A program made the translations under genes and the position numbers. From assembly GCF_009914755.1 (NCBI RefSeq), contig NC_060932.1: DNA of 64,000 nt; one strand, written 5' to 3'. The DNA is from the human T2T-CHM13v2.0 reference genome, Homo sapiens. Shown piece after piece: positions 13,697 to 30,056 of the stretch (positions within the stretch are counted from its first letter, which is position 1; every line of letters begins with the position of its first letter). Under the pieces are notes generated by a model, which was given only the letters and a program-made list of their open reading frames with translations, was not told where the DNA came from and ran no database searches.

Positions 13697-14940
13697 GAAT
13701 ACTGAGTCTTTCCATCCCTTTCTGTCTGTGTTCCACACAAATGTTCTACTTAACTCTTCAGCAGACCTGACGGGTGCTAACTTATTACCTCTCTAGGCTT
13801 AACTCATTTTATGAGTCTCACCCATTTCAGCTTTTGTCTTTTCCATAGCATAAACGAATATTTTCCAAAATACAGCATTACGTAGGTATGTTAAACATTA
13901 CACACACATTACATAGGCAAAGAAACTGTAGTTAGAAGTCACAAGTGCAACAAAGTTTCTCCTTTTAGGGAATGGGAGCTCAAGTGATATTAAATAGATA
14001 GATTGGTTGGGAAGTGGAAAATATTGAAAATGTCAGATGTGCTTCCAAATGAGGGTATGGTATTTGATCCAAAGGCTACATACTGGTTAATTTACTCTGA
14101 AGAGCTGAAGTTTATTCAGAATACTCTGTTTTTCTTTCCAAAAAAAAAGTGCAAAAGACTTCACAAGGCTGGAGGAGAAGGAGCTAAGAGGTGGCCTGTT
14201 GCGAAAGGGTCTGCAATATTTTACCCCTCCTTTTTTTTGAAGAGAAGCAATCTCACAAAGGTGCAACTATCTTCATCCTAAAGATATTCCTGTCAAGTGT
14301 TACAACCCCATTTAGCAACTTCTTGACACTTGTGAGGTAAAAGATTCCAAATCTCTGTATGGTCAAAGTTATGTGGAGCCCTATGAAGACTGGTGAGTTC
14401 TGCCCTTGCTTGGTAGAAGTGGGGCAGTCAGAGCTGCTTTTTGGGAGGACATCATCTTAGCACTAGGTCCTGAAAGAGTCAGTAGAATTTCGACAAACTG
14501 AGAAGACAGAGAACGGTGTGCTAAAAAAGCCAGCAGCCCAAGCATAGCAAGGAAAGTGCACAGCGTGTTCGGAGAAAATGATTCGTCTGCTGCATGAAAT
14601 GGAATGGAAGGAATGGAGTCCAGTACTCTGTGCAGTTAGAAGCCCAGCCTGCAAGATGGGCTCAGACAGAAGCAGAGGGTCATAGGTAGCTTTCCAGGAG
14701 TTACCATCAGACTTTATAACAGCACTAAGCGGGTGCTGTTATACAGCTTTGTGGAGCACATGAATATTATCCTCTAAGGTGTGTTGCTAGCACCTTTGGG
14801 GAAGAGAAACTATAGCTGGATATGGGTAGTGAAAGTTATGAACCCAGAACAAAAGGTGTTCAGATTTGCTGATTGGCAGGGAAGTTCTGGGAGCTTCACA
14901 TATTCTACAGTCTTGTATTTCTTCACAATAATCCCATATC

Positions 14941-15227
14941 TTTTTTTTTTTTTTTTTTTGAGACTGAGTCTCGCTCTGTCTCCCAGGCTGGAGTGTGGTG
15001 GCAAGATCTCAGCCCGCTGCAAACTCCGCCTCCCGGTTTCAAGCAGTTCTCTACCACAGCCTCCCTTGTAGCTGGGATTACAGGCACACCCAGATAATTT
15101 TTGTATTTTTAGTAGAGATGGGGTTTCACCATTTTGGCCAGGCTGGTCTTGAACTCCTGACCTCGTGATCCACCCGCTTCAGCCTCCCAAAGTACTGGGA
15201 TTAGAGGCGTGAGCCACCGCACCTGGC
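14941..15227 (-). mobile_element. Alu (AluS-type)
   Basis: Full Alu; TSD TCCCATATCT. Confidence 0.95.
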
Positions 15228-15254
15228 CTCCCATATCTCATGTATACAACATTT

Positions 15255-15350
15255 TTCTTTCCATTTTACAGGTGATGAAACTGAGACCCAGAGAGGAAAG
15301 CTCATTGGCCCAAGGTCACATAGCAAATAGGTGGCGGAGGCTGGATTCTA
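15255..15350 (-). mobile_element. MIR fragment
   Basis: CCATTTTACAGGTGATGAAACTGAGACCCAGAGAGG core. Confidence 0.75.
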
Positions 15351-15699
15351 TGTGCACACCCTTGACTGGATGCTTTCAACCTCATTTTTTTTTCTTTTTT
15401 CAAAGTGAGCTTCAAACTTTCACATTTTGAAAACTGATGGTGCCCTAAATTACAATATAGTGCCTGTAGCTTACTAGCTACCACATAAATGAATGTTGAA
15501 TAAGTCAATGACTGAATAAATAGATGGCTGAATGGAAGAGGCTCCCATTGAAAAAGAACATCCTTTTGGCTCTGAAAGTCTGGAAACACACAGAAGAAAA
15601 AAAAGGAGAGAGAGAGAAGCTCTGTGTTTTCATATTCCTGGAAGGCTACAGAAAAAGAAGTGAATACAAATTTGTAAAAATCTGTATAAAATCTAGCCA

Positions 15700-15843
15700 A
15701 GTGCTGTAATCTCAGCTACTTGGGGGCTGAGGTGGGAGGATCGTTTGAGCCCAGGAGTTTGAGGCTGCAATGAGCTGCTATTATACCACTGCACTCCAGC
15801 CTGGGTGACAAAATGAGACTTCATCTCTTAAAAAAAAAAAAAG
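15700..15843 (+). mobile_element. Alu right-arm fragment (AluJ-like)
   Basis: GAGGATCGTTTGAGCCCAGGAGTTTGAGGCTGCA plus A tail. Confidence 0.85.
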
Positions 15844-15868
15844 TATAAAATCCAGTGAAAGATTACCA

Positions 15869-16180
<312 letters not shown>

Positions 16181-16227
16181 AGATTACCAACATAAACTTG
16201 CCAATGTTAATTTTAATTTTAATTTTA

Positions 16228-16621
<394 letters not shown>

Positions 16622-17164
16622 TGATTTTTGGTTTCCAGTGTAGGACTTTCCCTAGAAATCTGTTTCTAGTAACCTACACAGTTTGAAGTTGTGAATTTCT
16701 TTTTCTGTCCTGCAGAGTCTTGCGCCTTTGGGTACATGATGATGAGGAAGAGCTAGCTGCAAGACCATTCCTCAGCAGTAGTATTCAGTTCCTATTCATA
16801 ACAGAATGACATTGAAAGTACAGTGACTGCATTTGTTTATTTTTTAAAATTTCCCAGCTCCTACAACTGACAGTTGCTATATTAATTGCACAAAAGTTTG
16901 CACAAAGACTGAGAAGATGACTGAATTGAAATTAATCCCACACTGTCAATTCAGTAGTCATGTGAACTCACATCTCAGAAACAGTGGGAAGATAGTAGAA
17001 AGAATGTCTTTATAGTCATTGCCTTTCTCATAGCCCTTTTCAATATTTGGCAAATTTTTTAATATTAATTACTATTTTTTTCTTGTTTCAGTAAACCTAC
17101 ACACATATTAAATTTAACATGAAATTACATTAATCATGTGTTCTAAAATTTTCTGCATCTTAGG

Positions 17165-17410
17165 ATGGTTGGCCATCTTAAACATCTTGCTGGCCTCCAG
17201 AGAGACTGCCCCTCCCAGGGCTGGCCAATTCTGGAGACAACAAAGAACTTAGCCAGGAGCATGTGTTTTATGTGCAAACTACCCAATCCCAAGTCTACTC
17301 CCAGCCACAACCCTTTATTTAACTCTTACACACCACTCCAATATCCCCCCTGCCCTAAATCCTCCCAGGGCCACCTACCAGATGACTAGAGATGACCCCT
17401 GTAGACCAGA
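17165..17410 (+). mobile_element. MER21/MER77-like LTR fragment
   Basis: CTGGCCAATTCTGGAGA...GAGCATGTGTTTTATGTGCAAACTACCCAATC motif, from memory. Confidence 0.5.
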
Positions 17411-17657
17411 GCTATTGGGAGAGGGAAAGAGACAGAGAGGGAGAGAGATAGAGTGTGTGTAGTACTATGAAGCTGAGCTTACCCATATTTTAAAATTTGT
17501 GAGAATTTAGCTATATTTTCAAAGAAAGAAAATGTGCAAAACAATGTAAATAAATTTAACCTGTAAAATTAGTATTTTTGAATAACCCAGTAAAGAAAAG
17601 GAAAGATTATTAAAACATATTTGCACAGACCTTTAATGCTTTCCAAGCCACTGTTTA

Positions 17658-17967
<310 letters not shown>

Positions 17968-19916
17968 TTATTAGTAAAGGTCAAACCTGGAATAGAAAGT
18001 ATAGAGAAAGAAAAGTTGGTGTGTGTGTATGTGTGTGTATGTGTATGTGTTATTTTATAAAGGCTTATCTTCAAAGAAACTCAAATGAATAACTATGTAA
18101 CTCTCTCTGTATGTAACTGTAACTTTCACTTGCAAAAGTGTATCAGTTTGAACAGTTAAATCACACATTCACCTATCTAAGCATCACATGATAAGTAATG
18201 TTTAGATAGGTGAATGCATAATTTTAGTACAGGGAATTTTTAGAATCTTTTTAGCACATAATTAGATAAGCATGTATGGAAAGTATGTTGTTACAAAGAG
18301 TTTACTCTGAAGGACCCATAGTAAGTCCTCTAAACCAGTGCTTAATCTAATTAGTTCTTGTAGCTAATGACAAATTACATAGTTTTATAAATTACCAGTG
18401 GTCACTAAAAATTATTACTATCACCAAGTCTGTTTTCTTGATTTTTCTTATAGGTTGATTTTAGTGCATTTGAGCTACAATCATATTTTATTATCTGGAA
18501 AATGCCTCGAAGACATCTGTGGATCTACAAACTTCCAGGGCTACTCTCTGCATACAAAGGAGGCATGAACAGGCCTTTCTACTCAGAAGTGGACTAAGGT
18601 GAATCCATCAGCTGACATCCGTCATAGTTCTTTGTGTACCAAACACCTCATGTATGTTGAAATTAGCTGATTTCATGATTCAAAATAGACCCCGTCTTCA
18701 GCCTCAAGGTTGTCCAGTGCATCCCCAGTTCAACCTCAGAAGAACCTTTTCAGAAGCCACCAGCTCATGACACATTCCTTCTGGGGGTCTCTGGTGGGCA
18801 CAGAATAAGCCCCCCTTCCCCTCAGGGTCTGCCTGTCTGCCCCTTAACCTGTTCTCCTGCTCCTCCATTCCAGGTTCCCTCCACCTAAGGCAAACTGCCC
18901 GGGGCAACTGCCCAGCATGGAAAGCTTTGGTCTTCACGGTCTTGACTTTTTACCAGCATCTCTGAAGCCCCAAAGTCACATAAGAATTTATTTGACTGAA
19001 AATTATTTAAGAACTTTATGTGTTAATTTTCCTTATAAAGTGAAAGTTGATCACTTTCTTTTCCCATATGTCCTTTGCCCAGACACAACTTATTGTTACT
19101 CTGTTTTCAATATCGAAGCAAGAAATGGAATTCATTGTGAGCCTGCCCCAGTGCTATTCAGACTCATTCTATCCAGGGAGCAACTTCACTCCATAATTTG
19201 TGTAGATACAGTTACTTACCTACCCACTCTCTAGTACATAACTCCCCATACACACCCACGGACTTCTTCCCCTAGGGAACTAGTCAGTGGTGTGTCTCCC
19301 TTTACCAGGCAAGTGCATGAAATCAGTGCATGATGTGCTGGTCAATGTGGTGATCTTTTCCCCTCTTTTAACCTGGGGAAGAGAGTTTATGGCAGAAACC
19401 ACAGCTTTAATCCACACATCTTTGTGTACCAACCTCAGTGTTCTACAAGGCAGAGAAGAGAATGGGTCCAGCGATTCCTCCTGAGCAGTTGTCACGGAAA
19501 TCTCTTGCTCTCCTTTGGGAAGATGAGTTTTACTCTCAATGATGCATTGATACTCATCATTATTACAAGGACTAGTGAACAAGAACTTGTTATGTGCCAG
19601 CACTGTGCTATGCTTCACTCAAGCCAGTGAATTCCTGCACTCTCCTGCATTACTGAATGATTTTTCTTTTCTTCTGAATGGTAGTTTTTAAATGTAGGAC
19701 TACTGTTTCTTCATCATTTGAGTTTGGGAATTAGGCCTCAAATGAGGCAGCTTATGAAATCTGCTTTGGAGGTCAGGGGTCTTCTCCATAGTGGAAAACA
19801 TCTACCTGACCCTTTTTAGGCCCCAAACTCCTCTCCAGGGTGTAGTGAATGCATGGCACTGGCATCCCTCCTGTAAATGGAGGGGCTTAGATCTCTGGAG
19901 GAAACTTCTGGGCTAG

Positions 19917-20342
<426 letters not shown>

Positions 20343-20916
20343 TGGTATCTTCTTTTGTACTTTTCAGAAGAACTCAAAATGGATGAGTTTGCATAAAACT
20401 GCATCTGCTGCTCTAGTGCCAGTGAATAGGCCATGAAGCTTCTGGCTCGGATGGGACTTTAGATCTATGACCTGCTGGGTATTCAGAAAGCAGCCACAGA
20501 TAGCATAGGAGTTCAAGACAACAATGGTGCGTGAACCACCATGGGTCAAGAGGAGCCGTTGATCTGATCTGATCTCCGCTGTCCCCCCATGGCTTTCGTG
20601 CAGACATAGCTGGCAGCCTGATGGCGGTGCTGTGGAAGCAGGCCCTTCACTGGGGTACTGGCAGACTGGTTGAAGAGTCTACCTACAGGGGAGTGTCGAG
20701 TCCGGCTCTCCCTATGGGCAACAGGCAAGCCACACAGAGGACCAACTCTTGAACAAACATTGGTAACATTTGTGGTACTGAGGGTTGAAAGCTAGGGGGA
20801 TTCTTAAAACTATTAGGAGATTCTCTCTTGCTAGTGAAACAGATGGGAAGCAGAGGAACTACTGCACTTTGGACATTGACTTTAGTTTTAATCACAGACT
20901 GTTAAGGCTAGGACAT

Positions 20917-22025
20917 ATTTTTCTTTAACTTTTAGACTCGGGGTGCATGCGCAGGTTTGTTATATAGGAAAACTTGTGTCACGGGGTTTTGTTGTACAGA
21001 TTATTTCATCACCCAGGTACTAAGCCTAGTGCCCAATAGTTATTTTTTCTGCTCCTCTCCCTCTTCCCACCCTCCCACCTCAAGAAGGCCCCAGTGTCTG
21101 TTGTTTGCCTCTTTGTGTCCATGTGTTCTCATTATTTAGCTCAGACTTATAAGTGAGAACATGGGGTATTAATTTTCTGTTCCTGTGTTAGTTTGCTGAG
21201 GATAATGGCCTCCAGCTCCATCCGTCTTCTGGCAAAAGACAAGATCTTGTTCTTTTTTATGGCTGCATAGTACTCCATGGTGTATATGCACCCTATTTTC
21301 TTTATTCAATGTTTCATTGATGGGCATTTAGGTTGATTCCATGTCTTTCCTATTGTGAAGAGTACTGCCATGAACATTCATGTGCATGTGTCTTTATGGT
21401 AGAATGATTTATATTCCTCTAGGTATATGCCCAGTAATGGGATTGCTGGGTTGAATGGCACTTCTCTTTTAGCTTTTTGAGGAATTGCCACACTGCTTTC
21501 CACAATGCAATGGTTGAACTAATTTACACTCCCACCAACAGTGTATAAATGTTCCCTTTTCTCTGCAACCTTGCCAGCATCTGTTGTTTTTTGACTTTTT
21601 TATAGTAGTCATTCTGACTCATGTGAAATGGTATCTCATTGCGGTTTTGATATGCATTTCTCTAATGATCAGTGATGTTGAGCTTTCTTTCATATGTTTG
21701 TTGGCTGCATGAATGTCTTCTTTTGAGAAGTGTTTTGTTCATGTCCTTTACCCACTTTTTAATGGGGTTGTTTTTTTCTTGTAAATTTAAGTTCCTTGTC
21801 GACTCTGGATGTTAGACCTTTGTCAGATGGATAGCTTGCAAAATTTTTCTCCCATTCTGTAGATTGTCTGTTCACTCTGATGATAGTTTGTTTTGCTGCG
21901 CAGAAGCTCTTTAGTTTAATTAGATTCTATTTGTCAATTTTTGCTTTTGTTGCAATTGCTTTTGGTGTTTTCGTCATGAAATCTTTGCCTGTGCTTACGT
22001 CCTGAATAGTATTGCCTAGATTTTA
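20917..22025 (-). mobile_element. L1PA/L1PB-type 3' end
   Basis: Antisense L1P 3' UTR (GCAGGTTTGTTATATAGG, ATAAGTGAGAACATG) and ORF2 tail. Confidence 0.9.
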
Positions 22026-22111
22026 AGAAATATTTAACTCAAAGCAACAATATTAACAGTTCATTTCTCATCTGAAACAATAGAAGAAAAAAGACAATAG
22101 ATCAACCTATG

Positions 22112-22401
<290 letters not shown>

Positions 22402-22417
22402 ACAGACTGAACTCTGA

Positions 22418-22731
<314 letters not shown>

Positions 22732-22965
22732 AGCTTTTTTCATATGCTTGTTGGCCATGTGTATGTCTTCTTTAGAAAAGTGTCTGTTCATGTTCTTTAC
22801 ACACTTTTTAATGTGGTCGTTTTTTTCTTTTTAAAGACCCTGGATATTAGGCCTTTGTCAGATGCATAGTTGCAAATATTTTCTCCTATTCTTTATGTTG
22901 TCTGTTTATTCTGTTGATAATTCTTTTGCCGTACAGAACCTCTTAAGTTTAATTAGATCCCATTG
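22732..22965 (-). mobile_element. L1 fragment
   Basis: Homologous to 21680-21930. Confidence 0.85.
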
Positions 22966-23403
22966 GACATTTTGGTTAGCAAGAAAGGACAATGCCTAGA
23001 GCAATAATCACAATGTAGGACGTCTTTAAGGAACAAAGGTAAAAGTTTCTGGAGATTGAATGACCAATTCCACTAAACTGTCGCAGCTTGAAAATTACCA
23101 GAATGCTCTGTCCATCAAGTTTAGAGAAATGCTTCAAGTTTAGGGGAATGATTTCTATTGTCTATGAATACAGCTGAAAAAAAACAAACCCCGTCAAAAT
23201 ATCTCTCTCTTTTGGGATGGCAGTGTTCACAAGCCCCTGTTGCCCAGCTACACAAAATAGCCAGACATCATGCACCTGGTCCCACAATGTTGAGATATGT
23301 AGTGATTTATGATCATAATAAATTAGTGTTTCCCAAAACTTACTCTGTGGAACCTTGAGTCAAATAACTTTGGGAACTTTGCCAACTGTATCTTCTTAAT
23401 TAT

Positions 23404-23834
23404 TGTGAAAGTTGTCAGAATCAAAATGGAGTCATGAATGTTAAGAAAACCCTGACAAATGGAGCCAACAAAAACCATAAAGAAGGGGTTCTGACACTTG
23501 TGTGCTCGATAATGAAAAAGACTATACAAAAACCACAACCTGGCACACAACCCATTGCAACTGTACAAAAAATATATACAAGAATATCTGCCCAGCAACT
23601 GCCTGTCCAAACTTGTACTGGTGTCACCCTTGTCATTGATCTTTGTAACCAAAGATAAGTATTTCAAAAACAATTATGTAGTCCTCATTTTTTTCTTTAG
23701 AAATCTTTGCCTTCTTTTACCTCCCTGACACATATATTAATAGTTTGCTATGGCATGTATATGCCCATTGCAATGTTCTATTCCCTAATAAACATCTTCT
23801 TCTAGAGAGCCTCTCTCTGTTATTTAGGTTGAAA
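23404..23834 (+). mobile_element. MER34/MER39-like ERV1 solo LTR
   Basis: TGTGAAAGTTGTCAGAATCAAAATGGAGTCA start; AATAAA and TTATTTAGGTTGA end. Confidence 0.7.
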
Positions 23835-24059
23835 ATATTCTTAAGACATGTGAGCCTATTTCATAGCTCTGAGAAGTTAGATGATAATGTGCCTTTACGT
23901 CTTGTTTAGTCAATAATTTGCCCAAATTATTTGGTCTTGAAATGTTACTTTAGCAAGATACCTATTAACAGTTTGTATAAATCTGTCTGATATAGTGTAG
24001 TAGTTATTCTTTTTTTAATTCATCACATCTCTTAATGCTGATATGAGAGAAACTTTAAG

Positions 24060-24480
24060 CGGTAATTTTGGTGCAAAGATACTGAGCATAATGCTCTAAG
24101 ACACTGAGAACACACAAGAAGCAGCGAAGTTTGGGAATTGGTAATATGAATTGTTAGAAGATCAATAGACTGTGGAATTCTAGGTTGCCCTCTGGAATGT
24201 AGACTAACCCACTGACCATCTGGTAGGTTAGGAGGCAGATGAAACCAAGAGTGTCCTCCTGGGCCTATGAAAATAAGGAACAAGCAGGGATTAGGAAAGA
24301 TGAAAATGAGGTTCAGAAGGAGTGAGAAAGCAGGAAAGGCCAAGAGATAATTGACTATAAACAAAGAAGAAAATGTCAGAGTTAAAGATGGTGGAGGTGG
24401 AGAAGGTCTAAGCAGTAGATGGCTTCATCTATTTCTGGGTGGATGAAGTGGAGGGGAGATGAAGATTCTTGGCAGCTGTG
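24060..24480 (-). mobile_element. L2 fragment
   Basis: Purine-rich diverged L2-like text (AGATGGCTTC..TTTCTGGGTG..GAAG). Confidence 0.4.
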
Positions 24481-24924
24481 ACAGCGTGCAAGGAGGGTCT
24501 TGAAGAATTAGCAGCAAGGAGAGTAGCAAGCACAGGCTGAGGAGGTGCCTGGGACTCAAATGATAGGGATTTTAAGGAATAATAATCATGACACAATTTA
24601 TGCCACACCCCTCAGCCCTCACCACTGCAGTGCACCCTAGAAGCCCAGAAAGAGCCTGTCCAGATGCAGGGCAGGCTGAAACTGCTGGGGAGCTAACTCC
24701 CCCAAAACATTCCCCAGCAGCAGCCTGGCTTCCTTACATCTCAGGTAGGGCAGCTGTGAGATGTGTGTTTTTCGCTTTTTTTAAAAAAGAGTTTTCTTGA
24801 AGGAGAAAACCCCAGGTGCCCACATAGAATGTATGTGCTGCCCTTTAAGTCCTGCTTTCCATTCCAGGACCACTTCTTCCCTTCCCCAGGAGGTGTTTCC
24901 AGCCCCTTCCACAGAAGCTACTTG

Positions 24925-25643
24925 TGTTGTTGGTGGGCCAGTTCGGGTTCTTGACTTCGTGGCACAACATAATTTGAGAGTGTGATCGGCGCAGTGGCTC
25001 ATGCCTGTAATTCCAGCACTTTGTGGGGCCAAGGCAGGAAGATTGCTTGAGCCTAGGAGTTCAAGACCAGCCTGAGTGAGATCCCATCTCTATAAAAATA
25101 AATGAATAAAATAAAAAAGAAATAAATAAAAAAAATTGAGAGTGACTTCAATGTGAAAGTAGGTAAAGAAGTTTATTGCAAAGTGAAAGTAACTCTGATA
25201 GCTGGGTGCATGAGAAGGAGACAGCGCCATGTGACACTGAAGTACTACCCGTTATGGGAGATGCGCATGATTATTCAAAGGGGTGAGAAGTGGTGTTGCT
25301 GTTGAGCGTGTTGCAGATGGTTTCCCAAGTCTGCATGTGCAGTGGCCATACAGGCTACTACATATATTGGATGTCTCATTAGCATTTTAATTCTCCACCC
25401 AAGGGTGTGTTTTTTACTATTATAATGAACACAGGTCAGCTCAAGGACACTAATGTTGGGTTTCTGTGTTCATGCGAATTTGTGAATTTTCCCGTCTGCC
25501 CTTCTACCTCCTCACTGCAGGATGTTCTAACCATGAGCCCAGGATGTGGTTTGTGCACTGTTAGGCAGTTTGTTCTCTCCATCAATTTGGTAAGTTTGTT
25601 CCCACTTAGGCGAGGCTATGAGCAACCTATTTAACCTACCTCA
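24925..25643 (-). mobile_element. ERV1 solo LTR (MER66/LTR36-like) containing a FLAM at ~24988-25135
   Basis: Antisense AATAAA (TTTATT ~25172); ends CCTACCTCA (TGAGGTAGG start); FLAM TSD AATT(T)GAGAGTG. Confidence 0.65.
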
Positions 25644-25760
25644 CTTGGGTTTGAATTCTTGTCTCAATCTGCATGTGGGGAACCCAAACTAATTCACAAA
25701 CATCATGTCATTTGGCCATCAAGACAACTCTAAAGGATGGCAGAATAATATTATTTCCCC

Positions 25761-26093
25761 TTTTATTTTATTTTATTTTATTTTATTTTATTTATTTTAT
25801 TATTATTATTTTTGAGATGGCATCTCACTCTGTTGCCCAGGCTGGAGTGCAGTGATGCCATCTCGGCTCACTGCAACCTCCACCTCCCAGGTTCAAGTGA
25901 TTCGTGCCTCAGCCTCCCAAGTAGCTGGGACTATAGGCGTGCGCCACCACACCCAGCTAATTTTTGTATTTTTAGTAGAGATGGGGTCTTACCATGTTAG
26001 CCAGGCTCGTCTTGAACTCCTGACCTCAAGTGATCTGCCTGCCTCAGCCTACCAAAGTGATAGGATTACAGGCGTGAGCCACAGCACTCGGTC
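25761..26093 (-). mobile_element. Alu with (TTTTA)n/(TTA)n tail
   Basis: Full Alu; TSD TATTTCCCCTTTT. Confidence 0.94.
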
Positions 26094-26523
26094 TATTTCC
26101 CCTTTTAAAAAGGAAACAGGTTGTACCTTTTTCAAAGCCACCCACGTAGAAAGAAGATGAGCCGAGAGATGAACTAGCCTTCTGACTTCATGCTCTGTGT
26201 TCTCATCCCTACATCCTGAATCCCTATATTCAAGATGTGTTACTGTCCACAAGGTTGGTAGATTACCATGAGGATGGAGAGAGGGAAGTATATATTGATG
26301 TATGAATATCAATAGGTAAATTATGAGAATGTGATAGGGAAACAATGCCCAAGATGAAACATGGGCATTGTGAGTACAAGGGAAGAAGGTACAGTGCAAT
26401 GGTTTAACCTAAATCAAAGGTGGTCCAGGACTATTGAAAACCATGTGTTAACCAAGGTGATAAGTCAAAAGGGCAAAAGACCAAAGATAGAGATAAGTTT
26501 ATTCATTGTAGAAAGTGGATTTA

Positions 26524-27135
<612 letters not shown>

Positions 27136-27216
27136 CTATACTGCCCACTGTTTCCTTCTCAGGCTTGGAATCTTTTGAGATGTGCTCATGGTCATTAATA
27201 AGACATTTCAATATTA

Positions 27217-27556
<340 letters not shown>

Positions 27557-28589
27557 TTACAAAACTGAAGAGATTACAATACTGGTCTCACCATCATTTT
27601 TATTACTCTACTCCCTCCTTTCCTAGCTGACACTCGCTCCCCATCCATGTCTATTCATCTAAAAATCCTGATGTCCCCTGGCTGTTGGCCTCCAGGCTGC
27701 TGGATTTGGTCCCTTCTATGACAACTTTACTGACAGACACCAGCCTTCTAACTACACAGAAGTCCTGCTGCACTTCATAAGATGATGGAGTGAATGTATT
27801 CCTGTAGAACATTATTTGCACAGGTAACCATGGAAATAATATTTATTTTGTCTAAATTAGTCACATGAGGGCAAACCGTTTCCTTATCTGCACTCTCTTT
27901 TTCTTTTTAAAATGAGTTCAAGGCAATTTAGATGAGTGGGGACTAATGGGAAGGACCTTTGTGAAATCAGAAAGCTTGGATTTCTCTCTTCATTTTACCT
28001 CTGACTGATCGTGACACCATAAGTAAGACATATAATAGTTTCATTAGAAGACCCTGTTGAGAAAGGCAAGAGCAGGGAGCCATTTAGTGTGTGAGGTACC
28101 TGCTGGTTGAAAAAGTTATGGGGCTAAAAATAATCTCAACATGATGACTCTGTTGAAATTAGGCACCCAGGCAAATAAGCTGGCCATTGACCAACCCAGG
28201 AGACTGCCATTTTCCCACTGCCTATGCAAAGATCAGACAGGATAAATAGTCCTGGAAAAACCACAGTCCTGGTGAGGGGGTGATTGTGGGGGGTTGACAA
28301 GTATATGGTTTCAAAATGACCATAAAGATGGAAGCATGATCTATAATTCTCATGATGCCTCTTAATGAGTTTGAATAGAGAGCACATAGGTGAAAAAATA
28401 AACTATGCAAATATAAAGAGGGGTGACTGGTTGGAAACATGATTGGCAATGCCAAATATGGCCAAAGATTTGAAAGATGTAGACAATCCCAGGTGAATGC
28501 TTATAATGTTATTCATATAGTGCTATATTAATTCTAAATGTATAGGAAGTATAATTATTCATTTTCTTCATATTTTTATCATAGGAAGC

Positions 28590-28790
28590 TTCTAGCAGAG
28601 AAGTTGAAAGAATTTTACAGTATATACCTATATATGCACAACCTAGATTTTACAATTAATATTTTACTATAGTTACTTTATTGCATGGCTATCAGTCTGT
28701 CCATCCCTTTCTCATCCATCAACTCATCTTGGCTTTTTATTCATTTCAAAGTAAATTGCAGACATCAGTACACTTCCCCTTATAATCGAT
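28590..28790 (-). mobile_element. Old L1 (L1MC4-like) fragment
   Basis: CATTTCAAAGTAAATTGCAGACATCAGTACACTTCCCC motif. Confidence 0.6.
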
Positions 28791-28803
28791 AGTGTTTCAG
28801 TTC

Positions 28804-28982
28804 TTTATTTATTTTATTTTTTGAGATGGAGTCTTACTTGTTGCCCAGGCTGGAGTGCAGTGGCGTGATCTCAGCTCACTGTAGCCTCCACCTTCTGGGT
28901 TCAAGATCCTCCTGCCTCAGCCTCCCGAATAGCTGGGATTACAAGCACACGCCACTGTGCCTGGCTAATTTTTGTATTTTTT
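28804..28982 (-). mobile_element. Alu right arm (truncated)
   Basis: Ends at the central A-rich linker. Confidence 0.88.
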
Positions 28983-29731
28983 GTCTCAAAAATAATAATA
29001 ATAAGGAGTCAGAGACAATTTTAATAAGGATTATTAAATGGAAAAGTAATTTATTACCAGATATTTAGAGTCTTCTTCCCTCCCCTTGTGTGCAGTCTCA
29101 CTGCATAGCTTATTATTTAGAATATAGTATGTGTACTATTAAATATCTGTTCAACTGAATGTCAGTAATCTTTGGGGTCTTAACCTGTTTGGGCAGAAAG
29201 ACATTAGCTGGATGACCATTCCAGATTCTTGACTAGCTTGGCATTCTGATTTTAACATTTAACTCAATTTCACAGTCATTTGATCTTTTAAAAAGTTTAG
29301 AATGTTTTCATGAGCCTGCCTGCCTGGAGGGCCCTCTTCCCCCCAGTGCAGTTCACAAAACATCTGCGCCAAAGTGCTTCGTGCATATGGAATTGACTAC
29401 TACTGCTTCGGGGCTGGGACAGGGTTGAATGCGATAGCCATCATTTTAACAAACTGCTACACAAAACAGCACTACAAAGGGAGTATTGATTGGATCCTCT
29501 ATCTGCCTCCCCCAGCACTGCTCAAAGTTGAATGTTTCCATTGACTTTCTAATTGTTCCTTCCCCCCCAACTTTATTCTAAAGGCTAAACTTTAGAATAA
29601 TACTTTAATACTAAGGAAAATTTAGTATAGTCTGGACCTGTCATGCATCCTGTTCAAGGGAAGGAGGGGAAGTAAATGGGTGGCAAGTGGAAGAAGGACA
29701 ATCTAATTGGACACTTACTAGATGCCAGGGA

Positions 29732-29732
<1 letters not shown>

Positions 29733-29763
<31 letters not shown>

Positions 29764-30056
29764 TTTTTTTGTGACACAGTCTGGCTCTGACGCCCAGGCT
29801 GGAGTTCAGTGGTGCAATCTCGGCTCACTACAACCTCCACCTCCTGGGTTCAAGTGGTTCTCCTGCCTCAACCTCCTGAGTAGCTGGGATTACAGGCATC
29901 TACCACAAACCATACCTGGCTAATTTTTGTATTTTTAGTAGAGACAACGTTTCACCATGTTGGCCATGCCGGTCTTGAACTCCTGACCTCAAGTGATTTG
30001 CCCGCCACAGCCTCCCAAAGTGCTGGGATTACAGGTGTGAACCACCACACCTGGCC
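29733..30056 (-). mobile_element. Alu (AluS-type)
   Basis: Full Alu; TSD GGGATTTTC. Confidence 0.94.

Noticed and set aside
16735-16830. ATGATGA C-box-like motif
   Set aside because: No D box with closing stem at a suitable distance
20364-20900. GC-richer unique stretch suggestive of a coding exon or pseudogene
   Set aside because: All three + frames hit stops soon after the acceptor and - strand ORFs match nothing I recognise; kept only as a possible non-coding exon
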